This document shows positions 25,730-38,903 of a stretch of 64,000 bases of DNA, in pieces. This DNA is from Mustelus asterias (taxonomy: Eukaryota): NCBI RefSeq assembly GCF_964213995.1, contig NC_135809.1, forward strand, positions 109,368,001 to 109,432,000. The letters run 5' to 3'. A program made the position numbers and the translations under genes. Below the pieces are notes generated by a model. It searched no databases. It had not been told where the DNA came from and was given only the letters and a program-made list of their open reading frames with translations. The stretch's first letter is position 1. The number at the start of each line of letters is the position of its first letter.

Positions 25730-26662
25730 GATGCCAATGCCCCTCCTTTCCTGTGTGGCCAGGATCTGGAGTATGGGATTGAAGCGCAACCAAAAATTGC
25801 GGAGCAGCCCTTTCAGATAATGAAAAATGGGCTGCATCCTCTGAACTCAACATAAACATGGAACACAGACTCCACAAGGCCACAGAAAATGCAGGCAGAC
25901 TGGGAGTTTACGAACTGATTTTACTTTCCATTATATGGGGTTGCTGGTTACAACATTCCCCTGATGGTGAAATGGAGGATTCCCTTGTAGAAAGCCATCC
26001 GCTGTGACTCTGCCTCCTCTAGAGGCAGGATGGAACACCACAATGTGTCCAGACAGCTGGTAAGTGCAAGTGGAGGTTGCGCAGCGACAGCCAATACAGT
26101 AAACCCCTCTAAAAGATGGCTTAGACTGTGGGGCTATGGCCGCCAAGGGCAGATTTGGGCCAGGCCAATGAGAAGTTCTGTCCAAAATGGGGTCAATTCA
26201 GACATGTGTTTCACATGCCAGAGTCGCTTCGACACAAGAAGTGCAGTCGGGGCTGAGCACCATGTTTTTAAGACTCCGGAGGGATTTGGCTGTGAGCTGG
26301 ACATTGACCGACTCACATCACATGGCACTTCTGGTGACATCCAGCCACTCCTCCACAGTTTAGTTTTTCCCCCCACTCTGGTCACCTGGGCAGTCCAAGC
26401 CCTCTCTTCTGCCAGTCACATGAACCTGTATTGGTGGAAGTGGCAGGTGAGACCCAATGAGCAGCCTCTCCCGCTCACTGTGACTCTCCTTCCCTCATCC
26501 AGACGCTCCCACTCACCACTTTCTTGCCCAACCCTCTCCCATTTTTCTCCTCCCTTCCTGACTTTCCCATCCAGAGCCCCTCTTGCCCCCTCCTTCCATC
26601 TCACCAACCCTCTCCTGAGTCCTCACTCACAGCAAAGGTTGAGGAGAGTGAAGTGGCAAGTA

Positions 26663-27008
26663 GGGGGCAGCATGGTAGCACAGTGGTTAGCACTGCTGCT
26701 TCACAGCTCCAGGGACCTGGGTTCGATTCCCGGCTTGGGTGACTGTCTGTGTGGAGTTTGCACATTCTCCTCGTGTCTGCGTTGGTTTCCTCCAGGTGCT
26801 CTGGTTTCCTCCCACAGTCCAAAGATGTGCGGGTTAGGTTGATTGGCTATGCTAAAAATTGCCCTTAGTGTCCTGAGATGCGTAGTTAGAGGGATTAATG
26901 GGCAAATATGTAGGGATATGGGGGTAGGGCCTGGGTGGGATTGTGGTCGGTGCAGACTCGATGGGCCGAATGGCCTCTTTCTGTACTGTAGGGTTTCTAT
27001 GATCCTAT
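26663..27008 (+). mobile_element. Full-length HE1-type V-SINE
   Basis: GGCAGCATGGTAGCACAGTGGTTAGCAC...GGTTCGATTCCC head, V-domain body, CR1-like tail; absent from duplication copy 1. Confidence 0.9.
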
Positions 27009-27900
27009 GAGGAGAGATGATGAGTCTAGGGGAAGCTTGAGAAGCCTGTGGGATGGAGTCAGTCTGCGTGAGGCAAGTAGAAGTTAGCCTATTTCTTTTA
27101 TATTTTGAAGGTTATTTTATTTGCAAATTTAGGAATGTACTGTACAGTATTTCAGCTTACAGGGTATAACTTCTTTTTGACACAAATAGTCCTACAGAAC
27201 CTGACTGCAGTTTTTACACTGGTTGCAATGGGAAAAATCTTCACTCGAAGTTGTTTGACTTAAAGTTGCACTTTTCAGGAAAGCATCTTACACCATTAAG
27301 CGAGAAATTACTGTATAATCCATAATGACACATAACTCATTATTACTGCATGTGGACCAAATATACATTGTATTAGATATATATTCTGCTTCTCATGAAG
27401 TGATGTGAGAAATTATACACGATGCACAGTTTGTGTCTAAAGTGAGATATATTTTGGAACTCTGGGAAGCACAGAACCTAACACAATTTAACACATGCAT
27501 TTCATTTGAAAGAGGGTTTCAAGTAATTCGCAGATTGAGATTGTCAGCAGCTAGAACAGCATTTACTGCTGATCCTAATTACTTCACTATCTTTGGTGGC
27601 GGGTCCAATAACTGAATTAGTGCTTTAGATCATTTCAGATATGACACTTACGGTAGGACTGGAACTCCGACTGGGGCAGGCTTTTCTCACTAAAGGATTC
27701 AGCAAATATTCTCATGACGGCATTCACAGTCACTTTTGACTTAAAACAAATTTTAAAAATAACCTGAACTCATTTTGTTTAAACCTAAACAACGGCCCCA
27801 CAAGAAGACAATGGGTGGGGCTGGACAAGATATAATTTCGTAACCTTTTGCACACAAGCAGATCTACTGTCAATGACAAGAGCTGACTCTAACAAATACA

Positions 27901-28162
27901 CAGTAAGAGTTTTAACAACACCAGGTTAAAGTCCAACAGGTTTATTTGGTAGCAAATACCATAAGCTTTTGGAGCACTGCTCCTTCATCAGATGGAGTGG
28001 AAATGTAGTGGAAATGCACATTTCCACTCCATCTGACGAAGGAGCAGCGCTCCGAAAGCTTATGGATTTTGCTACCAAATAAACCTGTTGGACTTTAACC
28101 TGGTGTTGTTAAAACTCTTACTGTGTTCACCCCAGTCCAACGCCGGCATCTCCACATCATGT
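27901..28162. mobile_element. Penelope-like inverted-repeat insertion
   Basis: ~100-bp inverted arms of the same family as 19346; flanked by ctaa(c/t)aaatacac duplication; empty site in copy 1. Confidence 0.7.
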
Positions 28163-28331
28163 CTAATAAATACACACATACACAAGTTTTAAAGTTGTTT
28201 AAAATAGTCAGTTCCGGAGAAGAGTTCATCATTCTGCTTTAATTGTCAAGCCTCCATTGTGTGGGTCGGCTTTTCTTTTTGAAACAAGACAATTTACAGA
28301 ACAGAAACCGCACACCAGGTTGTTCCTTTAC

Positions 28332-28443
28332 CTGTCAGAGAGACAAACCACACCGTGAACAGAGCCCCAAACAGGAAGAAGCGGCCACCAGCCCCAAACC
28401 TCCACTGGACGTGGATTTTATCCAGCAGCTTCGGGGCAGCCAT
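28332..28443 (-). CDS. NCR3LG1: Gene A leader (signal peptide) exon, distal copy
   Basis: ATG at 28443; MAAPKLLDKIHVQWRFGAGGRFFLFGALFTVWFVSLT; CAG|GTAAAG phase-1 donor. Confidence 0.72.
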
Positions 28444-28914
28444 TTCACAAAATAAAGAAGATAACGATTTTAGTTTCGATTTTGTTTCCTCCTTGTTCAC
28501 GTGGTTCCTCCAGCCGTAGTGCTGCGCTATTTCATTCCTTTCCTGTTTGAATATTTCATTCCTGTCGCCACAATTTAAGCTCTGTCACCGTTTCGCAACG
28601 GCGATCTTAACATGTTCTTGGTGGTGAATAGTATTTAGTGCAACAAAGATGTTTCAGGAAGAGATTCTCCAGAACATTGTCTATACTCCAAAACAACCCT
28701 GTGGTCAGAGCCTCAAATGATGTGAAGGACATGTCACTGGATTTCCATTTACCATCATGAAATCAATCCTATTTCTTGTCTGTTAATCATAACCAAGGCC
28801 ATTTTATTTCTGTTGCATTTCAGAGTTTGTTTGCTACCATAAGAACCAGAAATCCTTGAATTGTTGATGAGGGTGAATTGCTGAGTTGTTGCAGGCGGCT
28901 GAAGCAGATATTAT

Positions 28915-29220
28915 GGGGAGGCAGTGGTATTGTCTCGGGGCAACCAATCCAAAAGTACTCAATGGTGATTCTCTGGGGAGCCCCTGGTTCAAATCCAACC
29001 ATGACATGATGAAATTTGAATTCAATAAAAATTAGACAATTAAATGTTACGATTGTCGTAAAAAGCCATGGGGGAAAGAAATCTTCTGTCCTTACCTCTT
29101 TCTTTTAGGGAAATCTTCTGTCCTTACCAGGTCTGTTGATTCACAGCAAAGTGATTAACTCTTAACTGCCCTCAGGGATGGGCAATGAATGTTGGCCCAA
29201 GCCCCCAATGAATTAATTTT
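28915..29220 (+). mobile_element. tRNA-derived SINE, same family as 727-1035
   Basis: ggcagtggtattgtc...ggttcaaatcc head; gggatgggcaatgaatgttggcc tail. Confidence 0.7.
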
Positions 29221-29699
29221 TAAAAACCAAAGTGACAGGAATAAATGCAGCGACTACAGAGGAATCAGTTTACTTCCAAAAGCATTCGCTTGGTAGAGTG
29301 ATGATCCTAAAATGGTACCACATGAAGATCAAGCTGTTTTTGGACCAGCGTGGAATGTCATATACAACAAAAGGCTCAATATTATAACAATGCCATGGAT
29401 TTTAAGCAACATCAACTTGTTTATATAGCTTAGCTTTGCCTTAATAAAATGTCTCAAGACACTTCACAAGAGTATTCTGAAACAAAGCTTGATGCTGAGC
29501 CACAAAAGGAGGCTCAGATACTCACAAGCTTGGTCAAGTGGTCTCAAGGTGTCTCTTCAAGGAAGCTTTAAATGGTGATAAGAGATGCAGTATGTCTTGA
29601 GGATGGTGGCCAATCTGATAGAAAATGTAAAAGCAAAATACCACGTGCTAGAATCTGAAATATTCAGTCATACGGACTCAAAGTATTGGCAGCCAAAAA

Positions 29700-30493
29700 A
29701 TGACTAAGTGTCATGGCGCAGTCCAGACTGCAAGCGTCCCACACACAGTCATTTTTTTGGAGTGGTGAGTTGCGTGCTGGTTCTGGAACGGGCATCAGCA
29801 CGCTGTTGAACAAAGCTGCAAAGCGATCATGCGCCATTTTGGAAGTGCGCCCCAACCTCAGTGTACTGGAAGACCCCCTCCCCCCATCGGCGGCAGCACG
29901 TTTCACCACCCCTTTGCTGACATGGGTTGCCAGCATTGGAGCAGTGGGGTCATCCTAATGGGTTCCGTTTCATGACCTCCGACATGCCACCCCTTCATGC
30001 CCCACCCCTTCATGACACTCCCATCACGACCCTCCCCTTTACAAACCCTCTCGTCATAGCACCTCCCATTATAGCTCCATCCAGGCCCCACCTCCTTGAT
30101 ACTGCCCCTTGCACACTGCCAATGTGTCAGGTGGGCACTGCCCATCCATGTCCCCAACCACTTGAAGGCTCAATGGCCTCTGAGCCCCCTGGTGTGCCCA
30201 TCATGCCTGGTCTCTGCTAGTGGAGACCAGTAGAGATTCTCACCAGGCTCACACTGTGCCCGAGGGTTGGAAGATCCCGGGAGTCGAGAGAATCCGGCTT
30301 CGAATGGGCTGAGCATATTTATAAATACTATTTAAATATGCTAATCGACCTTGAGCCCTTTCGATAGGCGCGATCTGGCTTGCGCCTGTCGAAAGAGACC
30401 AGGACGATTGCAAACCGTTTGGCACCACATGCACTATTTTCCAAGGTCGGCACAATCTGCCGCAGGAGCAGCGGGGCCGGGAAATCTGGCCCA
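29700..30493. mobile_element. GC-rich non-autonomous DNA transposon (Harbinger-like)
   Basis: Ends gggaaatctggccc, a TIR-like end; interrupts a short repeat that resumes at ~30495. Confidence 0.5.
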
Positions 30494-31070
30494 TTAACTC
30501 TGTTTCTCTCTCCACAGATGCTGCCAGATCCTCCGAGCTTTTTGAGCATTTTCTGATATAAAATGTATATGTAACAAAACACTGAATGCTGTCAGCATAG
30601 ATATGATTGTAAAGAAACTTTATGTCAGGTATTCCCCAGCTGTGGTGCAAGTAGCCTATAACTGTTTAGTTTATCTTAAAGATCATACATATTGTAACCA
30701 TGGTGCAACAGTGATGGAGAGGGTGGATATTGAGATCAATGGCAGGGACATTGTTCAAACAAATTGCTCTGACCTGTCTTCTTGTGTATTGTTATCACTG
30801 CAACCAGACAGGCAAATGACGAGAACATCCTTCCTTCCCTCTGCTGAACTTGTCGGTAGTGGAGAGGATTTGAAGGGTGAGGTAAGCAATCAGTGTATTC
30901 AATGTCTGTCTTGTTCTAGCAGTCAGTGTTGATATGATCAGGTCATTTTACTTCCAGTCAGTGTGCTGATGGTGAGGACATAAAACATCAGCAGATGTAG
31001 GACATTCAGCCCCTCTTACCTGCACTGCACATTTTCTTGTAGTTTCTCTTTCTCTGAGTATTCCCTATCT

Positions 31071-31388
31071 CAGTGGTTCCCAAACTTTTTTCACTGGGCC
31101 ACACTTTCGGAATAAAAATTTGCTCGCGCCACACCGAAATTTTTATTGATAAGAAATACTTTCAAAAACAAAAAAAAAACAACTCCTAGCAGTGCTTGAT
31201 TCATAACATAGAACACAACTACTTTATAATATGATCATGGGACATCCAGAAAGTATAAAACAATCACTTTGGAAAAATATCTAATCCATGTTTAAATGTT
31301 TCTTCGATTATCCTTGAATCTTCCCGCCACACTTGCCATCCTCTCTTGCCGCACCAGTGTGGCGCGCCACACCCTTTGGGAACCACTG
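31071..31388. mobile_element. hAT (Charlie-like) MITE
   Basis: 14-bp perfect TIR CAGTGGTTCCCAAA; 8-bp flanks CCCTATCT/CCCTATAA. Confidence 0.85.
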
Positions 31389-31554
31389 CCCTATAATTTC
31401 TACAACTCCCTGATTTGTCCTGTTTTTGCTCTTTCCCTGGTGTACTCACTGAAGTTTTTTCCTATGTCCTGTAGGTTGCTATTATGCCTGACTTAACATC
31501 ATTCACAAAAGGGGAAAATAGTGTGGAGTATTGGAAAGATTTTTAAGGTGGGGG

Positions 31555-31770
31555 GTGTAGATGCAGTCTGGGGGTCCTGAGCCCAGGGATGTGCGGGTGG
31601 GGGTGGGGGGGGTGGAGGGGCTAGGGGCAGTCTGGGGCTCCTGAACCCGGGGGTGGGATGAGGGTTAGGGGCAGTCTGGGGCTCCTGAGCCCGGAGGTGG
31701 GTTGGGGGTTAGGGGCAGTCTGGGGGTGCAGAGCTCGTGGGTGGAGGGGGAGCTGGGCCTGTCTGGGGAA
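31555..31770. repeat. G-rich minisatellite, ~45-bp unit
   Basis: Repeated aggggcagtctggggctcctgag/acccgg unit. Confidence 0.75.
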
Positions 31771-31939
31771 AGAGCTTGGGGTCGTCACTGGCTAGTGTTG
31801 AGCATATTCCCCCTGGCTGCTGAGCGAACCTCCAAGGGCTCGCTCTCTGAGTATAGACACCAACTCCCCCCCCCCGCCCCCCCCCCCCCCCCCCCCACCC
31901 CCCCACCCCCCCCCACCCCCCCACCCCTTCCAACTGTCA

Positions 31940-34900
31940 GCTACACAGGCTCAGTGGCTGACTGCTGTAATTTCATCCTGGTAACCCCACTAACACAAAC
32001 AACAAGCAGATCCCTGAGCTGCTGCTCCAAGCAAGGGAGCTGTGCAAGTGTTAACATGGCTCCTCACATAGCATGGACTCGTCAGTGCTGTCCTCCATGG
32101 GAACCCATCCCATGAGGGTGCCCCTCCACCATCTGTATGAACTGCTAGCCATTCCTGGAAGGCACTGCACCAGACATCCAAGTGGGTGCACTCATGTCAA
32201 TGCTTCAAGGCTTCCCAATGGGTACACTCGCACAGTCAGCAGTATTCCCTCCATGCCCCCCATTGCGAGGGTAAAGTGACACTTGCCATTCCGTCCAGGT
32301 GGAGCATGGCACCGTCCAAGATGTTGGCTTGCCACCATTCACACTCAGTTGAGGCAAGGGTTGCTGGGAGGGAATGAAGGTTCTGGGATGGAGAACCTGT
32401 TGAAATTGATCTCTCTCTCTCTCTCTCTCTCTTCCCCCAACCACCACCCCCCCCCCCCCCCCCCCCCCCACCCCACCGCCACCCCCCCATCTTCCAGAAC
32501 AATGATGGATTTCACCAGGGAGCCCATTGACCTGGTGGTGATTCTTGTGGCTGCTGCTGTGGAAGAGGAGGAGGAGAAGAAGGAGGAAGTATGTGCACTG
32601 CAAGGCCAACCCAGGCCAGAGGATGCCGCAGGAGAGGGAGGTGCTGATCGGGGGCAGAAGTCGGGTACCCATCGGCCTGGGAGGGGGAGGGGAGGTGGGG
32701 AAGGAGGGCACAGAGGAGACAGAGACTCCGGCGGTTCAGGGCATGCATGCCCTTCAATGAGCTAACAACTGACAGTTTGTGTCGCCGTAGACTCCGCCTC
32801 AGCCAGGAGACGATGTGGCACCAGTGCCATGTCCTTGTAGATTTGGTACCTTGAGGGACAGGGGGATACCCGCTCATGGTGAAGGTTACGGCAGCCTTCA
32901 ACTTGTACGTTACCATGTCCTTCTGTGGGATCTCCCAATCACCGAGATGCTAAATATGTCGGGGTTAATCAATTGCATGCATGTCGCCCTGTAGTCTCCA
33001 CAACGCCATGTATCATGGTTTGTGAACAGGAAGGGGTTCACACATGTATGATGTATATTCTCTGGTCACAAATCAGCTGAATGTTTGTGCACAATCCTCA
33101 GGCAGCATCCATGACAGCTTCATCTTGGGGAGCTCTGAGAACCAGTCCAGGCTGTTGATTGTTCCTGGGGGACAAGGGTGACCCGCTAAGTACTTGGTTG
33201 ATGACACCAGTGCGGAGGCCTGAGACCGAGTTGGAGGCCCAATACAATGAGGCACACGCTGCCACCCGGCCTATTATGGAGCGATGCATTGGGCTCCTAA
33301 AGATGCAGTTCTGTTGCTTGGACCACTCTGGTGGGGCCTTTCAGTACTGTCCCCTGACAGTCTCCCGCATCATGGTTCTGCTGCATGCTCCAAAACTTGG
33401 CGCAGCAGCGGGGAGACTTCTTGGAGGAGGAGGGCAACCAGCCCTGGGGAGAAGGCAGCCCAGGGGGATGTGAAGGAGGAGGACGAAAAACAGAAGGCTG
33501 AGGAGGAACCAAAGGAGGACAGGCGGCGAGCGGCAAGGGTCTGGCAGGGCAGGGCGGCAAGGGAGGCGCTCATTGCCACAAGGTTCTCGGACCATGGGGC
33601 GTGGGGTGTTGCAGTTGCAAACCTCACCCCTTCACCTCCAATTGCCTGCAACCTTTCCCCCCACTAACCCTTTTCACTCTCCCATGCATTGCACTGATAG
33701 CACCAGGGTGATGGGCCTCGGTTGGCCATGTTAGTGAGTTACTGGTCCAGGCAGGGGTGTGATGACGACTTGCTATGCGGCACAGTGTGATGCTGCCCTG
33801 GTGCAAAACAAGTCTGACCCCTACCTGATCTCTGCATGCACACTGGCGCCTATGGCGGGGGGGTTGGGGCACAGTGGGAGTTGGGGGGTTGTGGCGTGGT
33901 CCCAGAATCCACAGTGTTCCGGAGATACCATGCTAGTTTGTGCAACCCAGTGGGTGCAGGGCACCCGCAGCTGGTACTGTTCGTCCTGAGTGCTTCGAAT
34001 TCCACAGCAGTCACGCATATACCACAGGCACTTGGATTTGGTGATCGCATTACTGGTGGGCCGAAGGGCCTCCCCCGTGCATAACGATGTTCAGAGCCCC
34101 TCTGGAACAGGTTGGGGTACGGTCATCCCTGTTGGAGGATAATCACAAACATATTAATCACAGCTGTGGGGCGCAATAACATTTATTGGTGAAACTAACA
34201 GTGCAATAACTTGAGGTTCTGATAGTTAACAGTGCTATAAATCAGTTGGAGGTGATCATTGGTAGTGCCTAACTTCCTTAACCTAACTGGCGCCGTCCTT
34301 CACCCATGCCCTCTTGGTGACCCTACAACTTCTTTATCTTACGTGGCCTAGCGCTATGTTGTCTCCCCAGGATTCACATCAGAGGTGGAGGCAGTCAGCT
34401 GGGTTCCACACCCTACTGCCTGTGATGCCTTTGGATAGCGTCCCCTGAAGGGCCAGGACCTGTTGGACCCCGACCGACTTTCTGGTGTCATGGACATATC
34501 CATGCCACCCTTTTCGTCCCATTGCCCTTGAGATGCACCAGTGTCAGAAAGTGGGATTCGTAAGGTCTTGCGATGACCTGAGTCTCCTGGGTGGAAGGCC
34601 CTGGCACAGGCTCCAGCCTTCCTCCTCCCTCTGGGTGCCAATGGCCCCTGGGTCATTCCATGGGATGTCGGAGCAGCTGGACTGAACTCCAGAAGCCCCA
34701 ACGTGCAAGTCCTCGACGATGGCCCTCGGAGTCTGGGCCAGCATCTCGCTGCACACAGTAGGTGTCCCCTGAGATTGGGCAAAGCTCTACAGCCTCTCAG
34801 TATGTTCCGCTGGTGACTGGGCCATGCTCTCGAGGCCTTTGGCCATGGCTGGCTGGGTCTCCAGAATGCTCCTGAGCTCCTCCAGCCATGGACCGCAGTG

Positions 34901-35030
34901 ACTCAGAAGGGTCCTGAGGCTCTCAGCTGTGGCCCGCAGGAAGTCGGCCATGGGCCGCTGTGACTCAGCCATGTCTTGGACCCTGCCGCTGATGGTGACC
35001 ATTTTGTGCCCCAGGCTTTCAACTGCAGAG
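31940..35030 (+). mobile_element. Degenerate autonomous PIF/Harbinger transposon
   Basis: Plus-strand HARBI1-like DDE segment [15 protein letters not shown]...[20 protein letters not shown] (33159-33473); convergent minus-strand heptad-rich second ORF remnant at ~34350-35030. Confidence 0.82.
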
Positions 35031-35262
35031 GAAATTTGGCTCAAAATCGATGAGCTAGAGTCTGAGCATCACGCACTGCAATGCATGAGGGAGGGAGAGA
35101 TTTACCTGGGCACTTTATTCCTACAGGCAGTCAGAACCCTTGTGTTAAGTAAATCCGGTTAAGTCTGCGGTCAGGGATAGGAGGGTGTGACTGGGTGAGG
35201 CAGGATACAGACGGTAGCACCGAAGGAGCCTCAGGCCACTTTTTTAACAGGTTTGAAATTCT

Positions 35263-37420
35263 TTGATTTGATTTGATTTATTATTGTCGCATGTATTGGG
35301 ATACAGTGAAAAGTATTGATTCTTGCGCGCTATACAGAGAAAACATACCGTTCATAGAGTACATAGAGGAGAAGGAGAGGAGAGCGTGAAGAATTTAGTG
35401 TTGCAGTTACAGGTACAATGAAGAGAAAGATCAGCTTAATATATGATAGGACCATTCAGAAGTCCGATGGCAGAGGGAAGAAGCTGTTCTTGAGTCTGTT
35501 GGTACGTGTTTTCAGACTCTTGTATCTTTTTCTCAATGGAAGAAGGTGGAAGAGAGTATGTCCGTGGTGCAAGGGATCCTTGATTATGTTGGCTGCTTTC
35601 CCAAGGCAGTGGGAAGTGTAAATTGAGTCAATGGTTGGGAGACTGGTTTGCGTGATGGAGTGGGCTACGTTTACAACCTTTTGTAGTTTCTTGCGGTCTT
35701 GATCAGAGCAGGAGCCATACCAAGCTGTGATACATCTCGATAGGATGCTTTCTATGGTGCATCTGAAAAATCTGGTGAGAGTCATCGTGGATATGCCAAA
35801 TTTCCTTAACCTCCTGAGAAGTAGAGGCATTGCTGAGCTTTCTTAACAATAACGATGGTATGAGGGACCAGGACAAGTTGTTGGTGATCTGAAAACCTTG
35901 AAACTTGAAGCTTTCGACCAACTCCACTTCATCACTGTTAAAATAGACAGGGCATGTTCTCCTCTATGCTTCCTGAAGTTGGTGACTAGCTCCTTCATTT
36001 TGCTGACATTGAGGGAGAGATTATTGTCATTGTACCATTTCACTAGGTTCTCTATCTCTTTCCTGTACTCTGTCTCATCATTGTTTGAGAACCGACTCAC
36101 TACGGTGGTGTCATCAGCAAACTTGAAAATCGAGTTGGAAGGGAATTTGGCCACACAGTCATAGGTGTACAAGTAGTATGGAAGGGTCTGAGGACACAGC
36201 CTTGTGGGGCACCGATGTTAAGGATAATCATGGAGGAGGTGTTGTTACCTATCTTCATTGATTGCGTTCTATGTGTTAGGAAGTTGAGGATCCAGTCACA
36301 GAGGGAGGAATAGAGCCCGAGGCCACGGAGTTTGCAGATAAGTTTTGTTGGATTAATGGTGTTGAAGGCTGAGTTGTAGTCAATAAACAGGAGTCTGACA
36401 TAAGTGTCCTTGTTAACCAGGTGTTTCAGGGTTGAGTACAGGGCCAGGGAGATGGTGTCTGCTGTGGATCTGTTACAGTGATAGGCAAAATGCGGTGGAT
36501 CCAGGCAATCTGGGAAACCGGAGTTGATGCATTCCGTGACTAACCTTTTGAAGCACTTCATATTGATGGATCGCAGAGCCACTTGGTGGTAGTCAGTAAG
36601 GCACGCTGCCTGGCTTTTCTTTGGTATAGGAATTATGGTCGTTTTCTTGAAGCAGATAGGAACCTCAGATTAGAGTAAAGAAAGGTTAAAGATGTCGGAG
36701 AATACTCCTGTCTGCTGGTCCACGCAGGAGCTAAGTTCTTGTCCGGGGACCCCCATCATGGCCAATCGCTTTTTGTGGGTTAACATCTGATGTCTGTGAT
36801 GGTGACCTTGGATACCGGTTTGACGGAGGCTGTCGGGGCAGGTGACATCCTCTCTCTGGCCTCCTGCTCAAAGTGAGCATAGAATGCATTGAGCTCATCG
36901 GGGAGGGGTGCCTTGTTGTCAGTGATTCTACTCGTCTTCACCTTGTGGCCTGTTATGTCATGTAAACTTTGCCACAATCGATGGGTGTTTGTGTGGCTAG
37001 CCTGGGACTCTAGCTTGCTCCAGTATTGTCTCTTAGCATCTTTGATGGTTCTCTGTAGATCGTATCAGGATTTCTTGTCTCGGTCAGGGTCACCCGACTT
37101 GAATGCTTCAGATGTCCCTGCTAATGTTTTCCAGTTGGGAAACACTCAGATTGGCTTCTTTGGCCGTCTTCAACACACTTACTAATGAAGTCTGTTACTG
37201 TAGTGGCATACACATTTAGGTTGGTCGTTGAGTTCTTGAATATTGACCAGTCCATTAATTGGAAGCAGGCCCATAGGAGATCATCCGTTGCCTCAGACCA
37301 ACATTGCACGACTTTCTTTATCAGATTCTCCTGCTTCACTTTTTGCTTGTAAGCTGGGAGCAGGAGCACAGCTTTGTGGTTTGATTTGCCAAAGTGTTGA
37401 CGGGGGATAGAGCAGCCTGC
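35263..37420 (-). mobile_element. Rex-Babar-type LINE, degenerate
   Basis: [34 protein letters not shown]; tail (tttga)n at 35263. Confidence 0.88.
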
Positions 37421-37749
37421 GTGGATGAGAACAAGGACTGCAGGTAACACAAACAGCTGCCCAAAGCACTGAGGGTTGGCCATTCAAATGGGAGAGTGAA
37501 AACGAATGTAGTAGTTGTTGACTGTACAGTTAGGAAGATAGAGACTCTTCTCTGCAGCTGAGAGAGAATCCTCAAGGTTATGTTGCCTGTTTGGTGCCAG
37601 AGTTAAGGACATCTCATGATTGAAGAGCAACTTAGGGTGGAATTTAATCCCTCAAACATGACAAGCAAAGCAGTAATAATCAAGCTTGAGAGACGCTTTG
37701 TCACACACAGTATCCTACCCAGACCCATGACAGACAATTGTTGGCAATA

Positions 37750-38092
37750 TGGGGCGGCATGGTGGCACAATGGTTAGCACTGCTGCCTCACAGCTCCAGC
37801 GACCTGGGTTTGATTCCCGGCTTGGGTCACCGTATGCGCGGAGTTTGCACGTTCTCCCCGTGTCTACGTGGGTTTCCTCCGGGTGCTCCAGTTTCCTCCC
37901 ACACTCCAAAGATTTGCAGGCTAGGTGCATTGGCCCTGCTAAATTGCCCCATAGTGTCCCGAGGTGCGTAGGTTAGAGGGATTGAGGGGTAAATATGTGG
38001 GGTTTGCGAGGATAAGGCTAGGTGGGATTGTTGTCAATGCAGACTTGATGGGCCAAATGGCCTCCTTCTGCATTGTAGAGTTTTTCTATGAT
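37750..38092 (+). mobile_element. HE1-type SINE
   Basis: Full head, V-domain and tail, homologous to 26663. Confidence 0.88.
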
Positions 38093-38543
38093 TTATAATT
38101 CATCGCTGATGAAGTTTGCAATTTTGCACTCACATGGAACTTTGAACATATCATGAACAGTCTCCTATTCACAGTTAAACCATTTGGTGGAATGGGCAGT
38201 TAGCTCACTAAGCATCTTCTAAAGAAATGTGTACGGGATTTCACAGACTACTACGCTGCACACCACAGCCTGCAAAATCTACCACGACAGGGCCTACTCT
38301 CATCAGCACAACAAACTTTTACAGGCACACCAGGACCATGATTTCTATTGTTAAAGCTCTGCTGCAGTCTAAACTTGAAACCAATGTGAATGATTCCCTC
38401 CTGTAATGCAGATTGAGAAGCCTACAGACTTGGTCCTCTAACACCAGGTCAAAAGGTCAGGATTCAGTCTACATGTGGCCATCACCAGTTGGCAGGGATT
38501 CACAGTAGTGCCCATAACTGAACAGTTGCGAAGTAGTCTCAGA

Positions 38544-38903
38544 TGATGCCCACTATGTATGCAATCGGGGTCAATTCTGCAAGTAGTACAATCAGCACCA
38601 ATGGGTAGCACAGCACTTCAGTCGTCTGGCCTATGGCACCAGCCCCCTGCACCAGTGGTGTGGTGGACCTCAGTTGTGCCTTTGTCCTATTTGGACCACC
38701 GTTGTGTGTGTTTGTCATACCTGGACACATCCCCTTCCGGTTTGGTTCCTCCCCTCGGCACCTAGTATAAAGGTGGCTGTCTCCTCCCCCTTGTTCAGTC
38801 CAGGTCGGTTATTTGTTGGGATCTGCTCCTGATTCTGTTGTGAATAAAAGCCTACACTTGTATTGGCACACCGGTAGTCTTTCGCCTTATTGATAGCGCA
38901 TCA
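38544..38903 (+). mobile_element. Putative solo LTR (Gypsy-like)
   Basis: TGATGC...GCATCA inverted termini; TATAAA ~38767; AATAAA ~38842; no clear TSD. Confidence 0.45.

Larger units (their letters stand above)
24855..28627 (+). repeat. Segmental duplication copy 2
   Basis: Collinear with 19178-22679; has private HE1 and Penelope-like insertions. Confidence 0.93.

Noticed and set aside
26663-26740. tRNA genes
   Set aside because: The A/B boxes belong to SINE heads; no complete cloverleaf.
26030-26842. 270-aa ORF
   Set aside because: Runs into an HE1 SINE, is disrupted in the paralogous copy and has no recognisable domain.
31555-31930. CRISPR-like array or proline-rich ORF
   Set aside because: Eukaryotic G-rich minisatellite and poly-C tracts with no unique spacers; the ORFs are low-complexity artefacts.
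33159-33473. Domesticated HARBI1 gene
   Set aside because: Multiple stops and frameshifts; a decayed Harbinger transposase.
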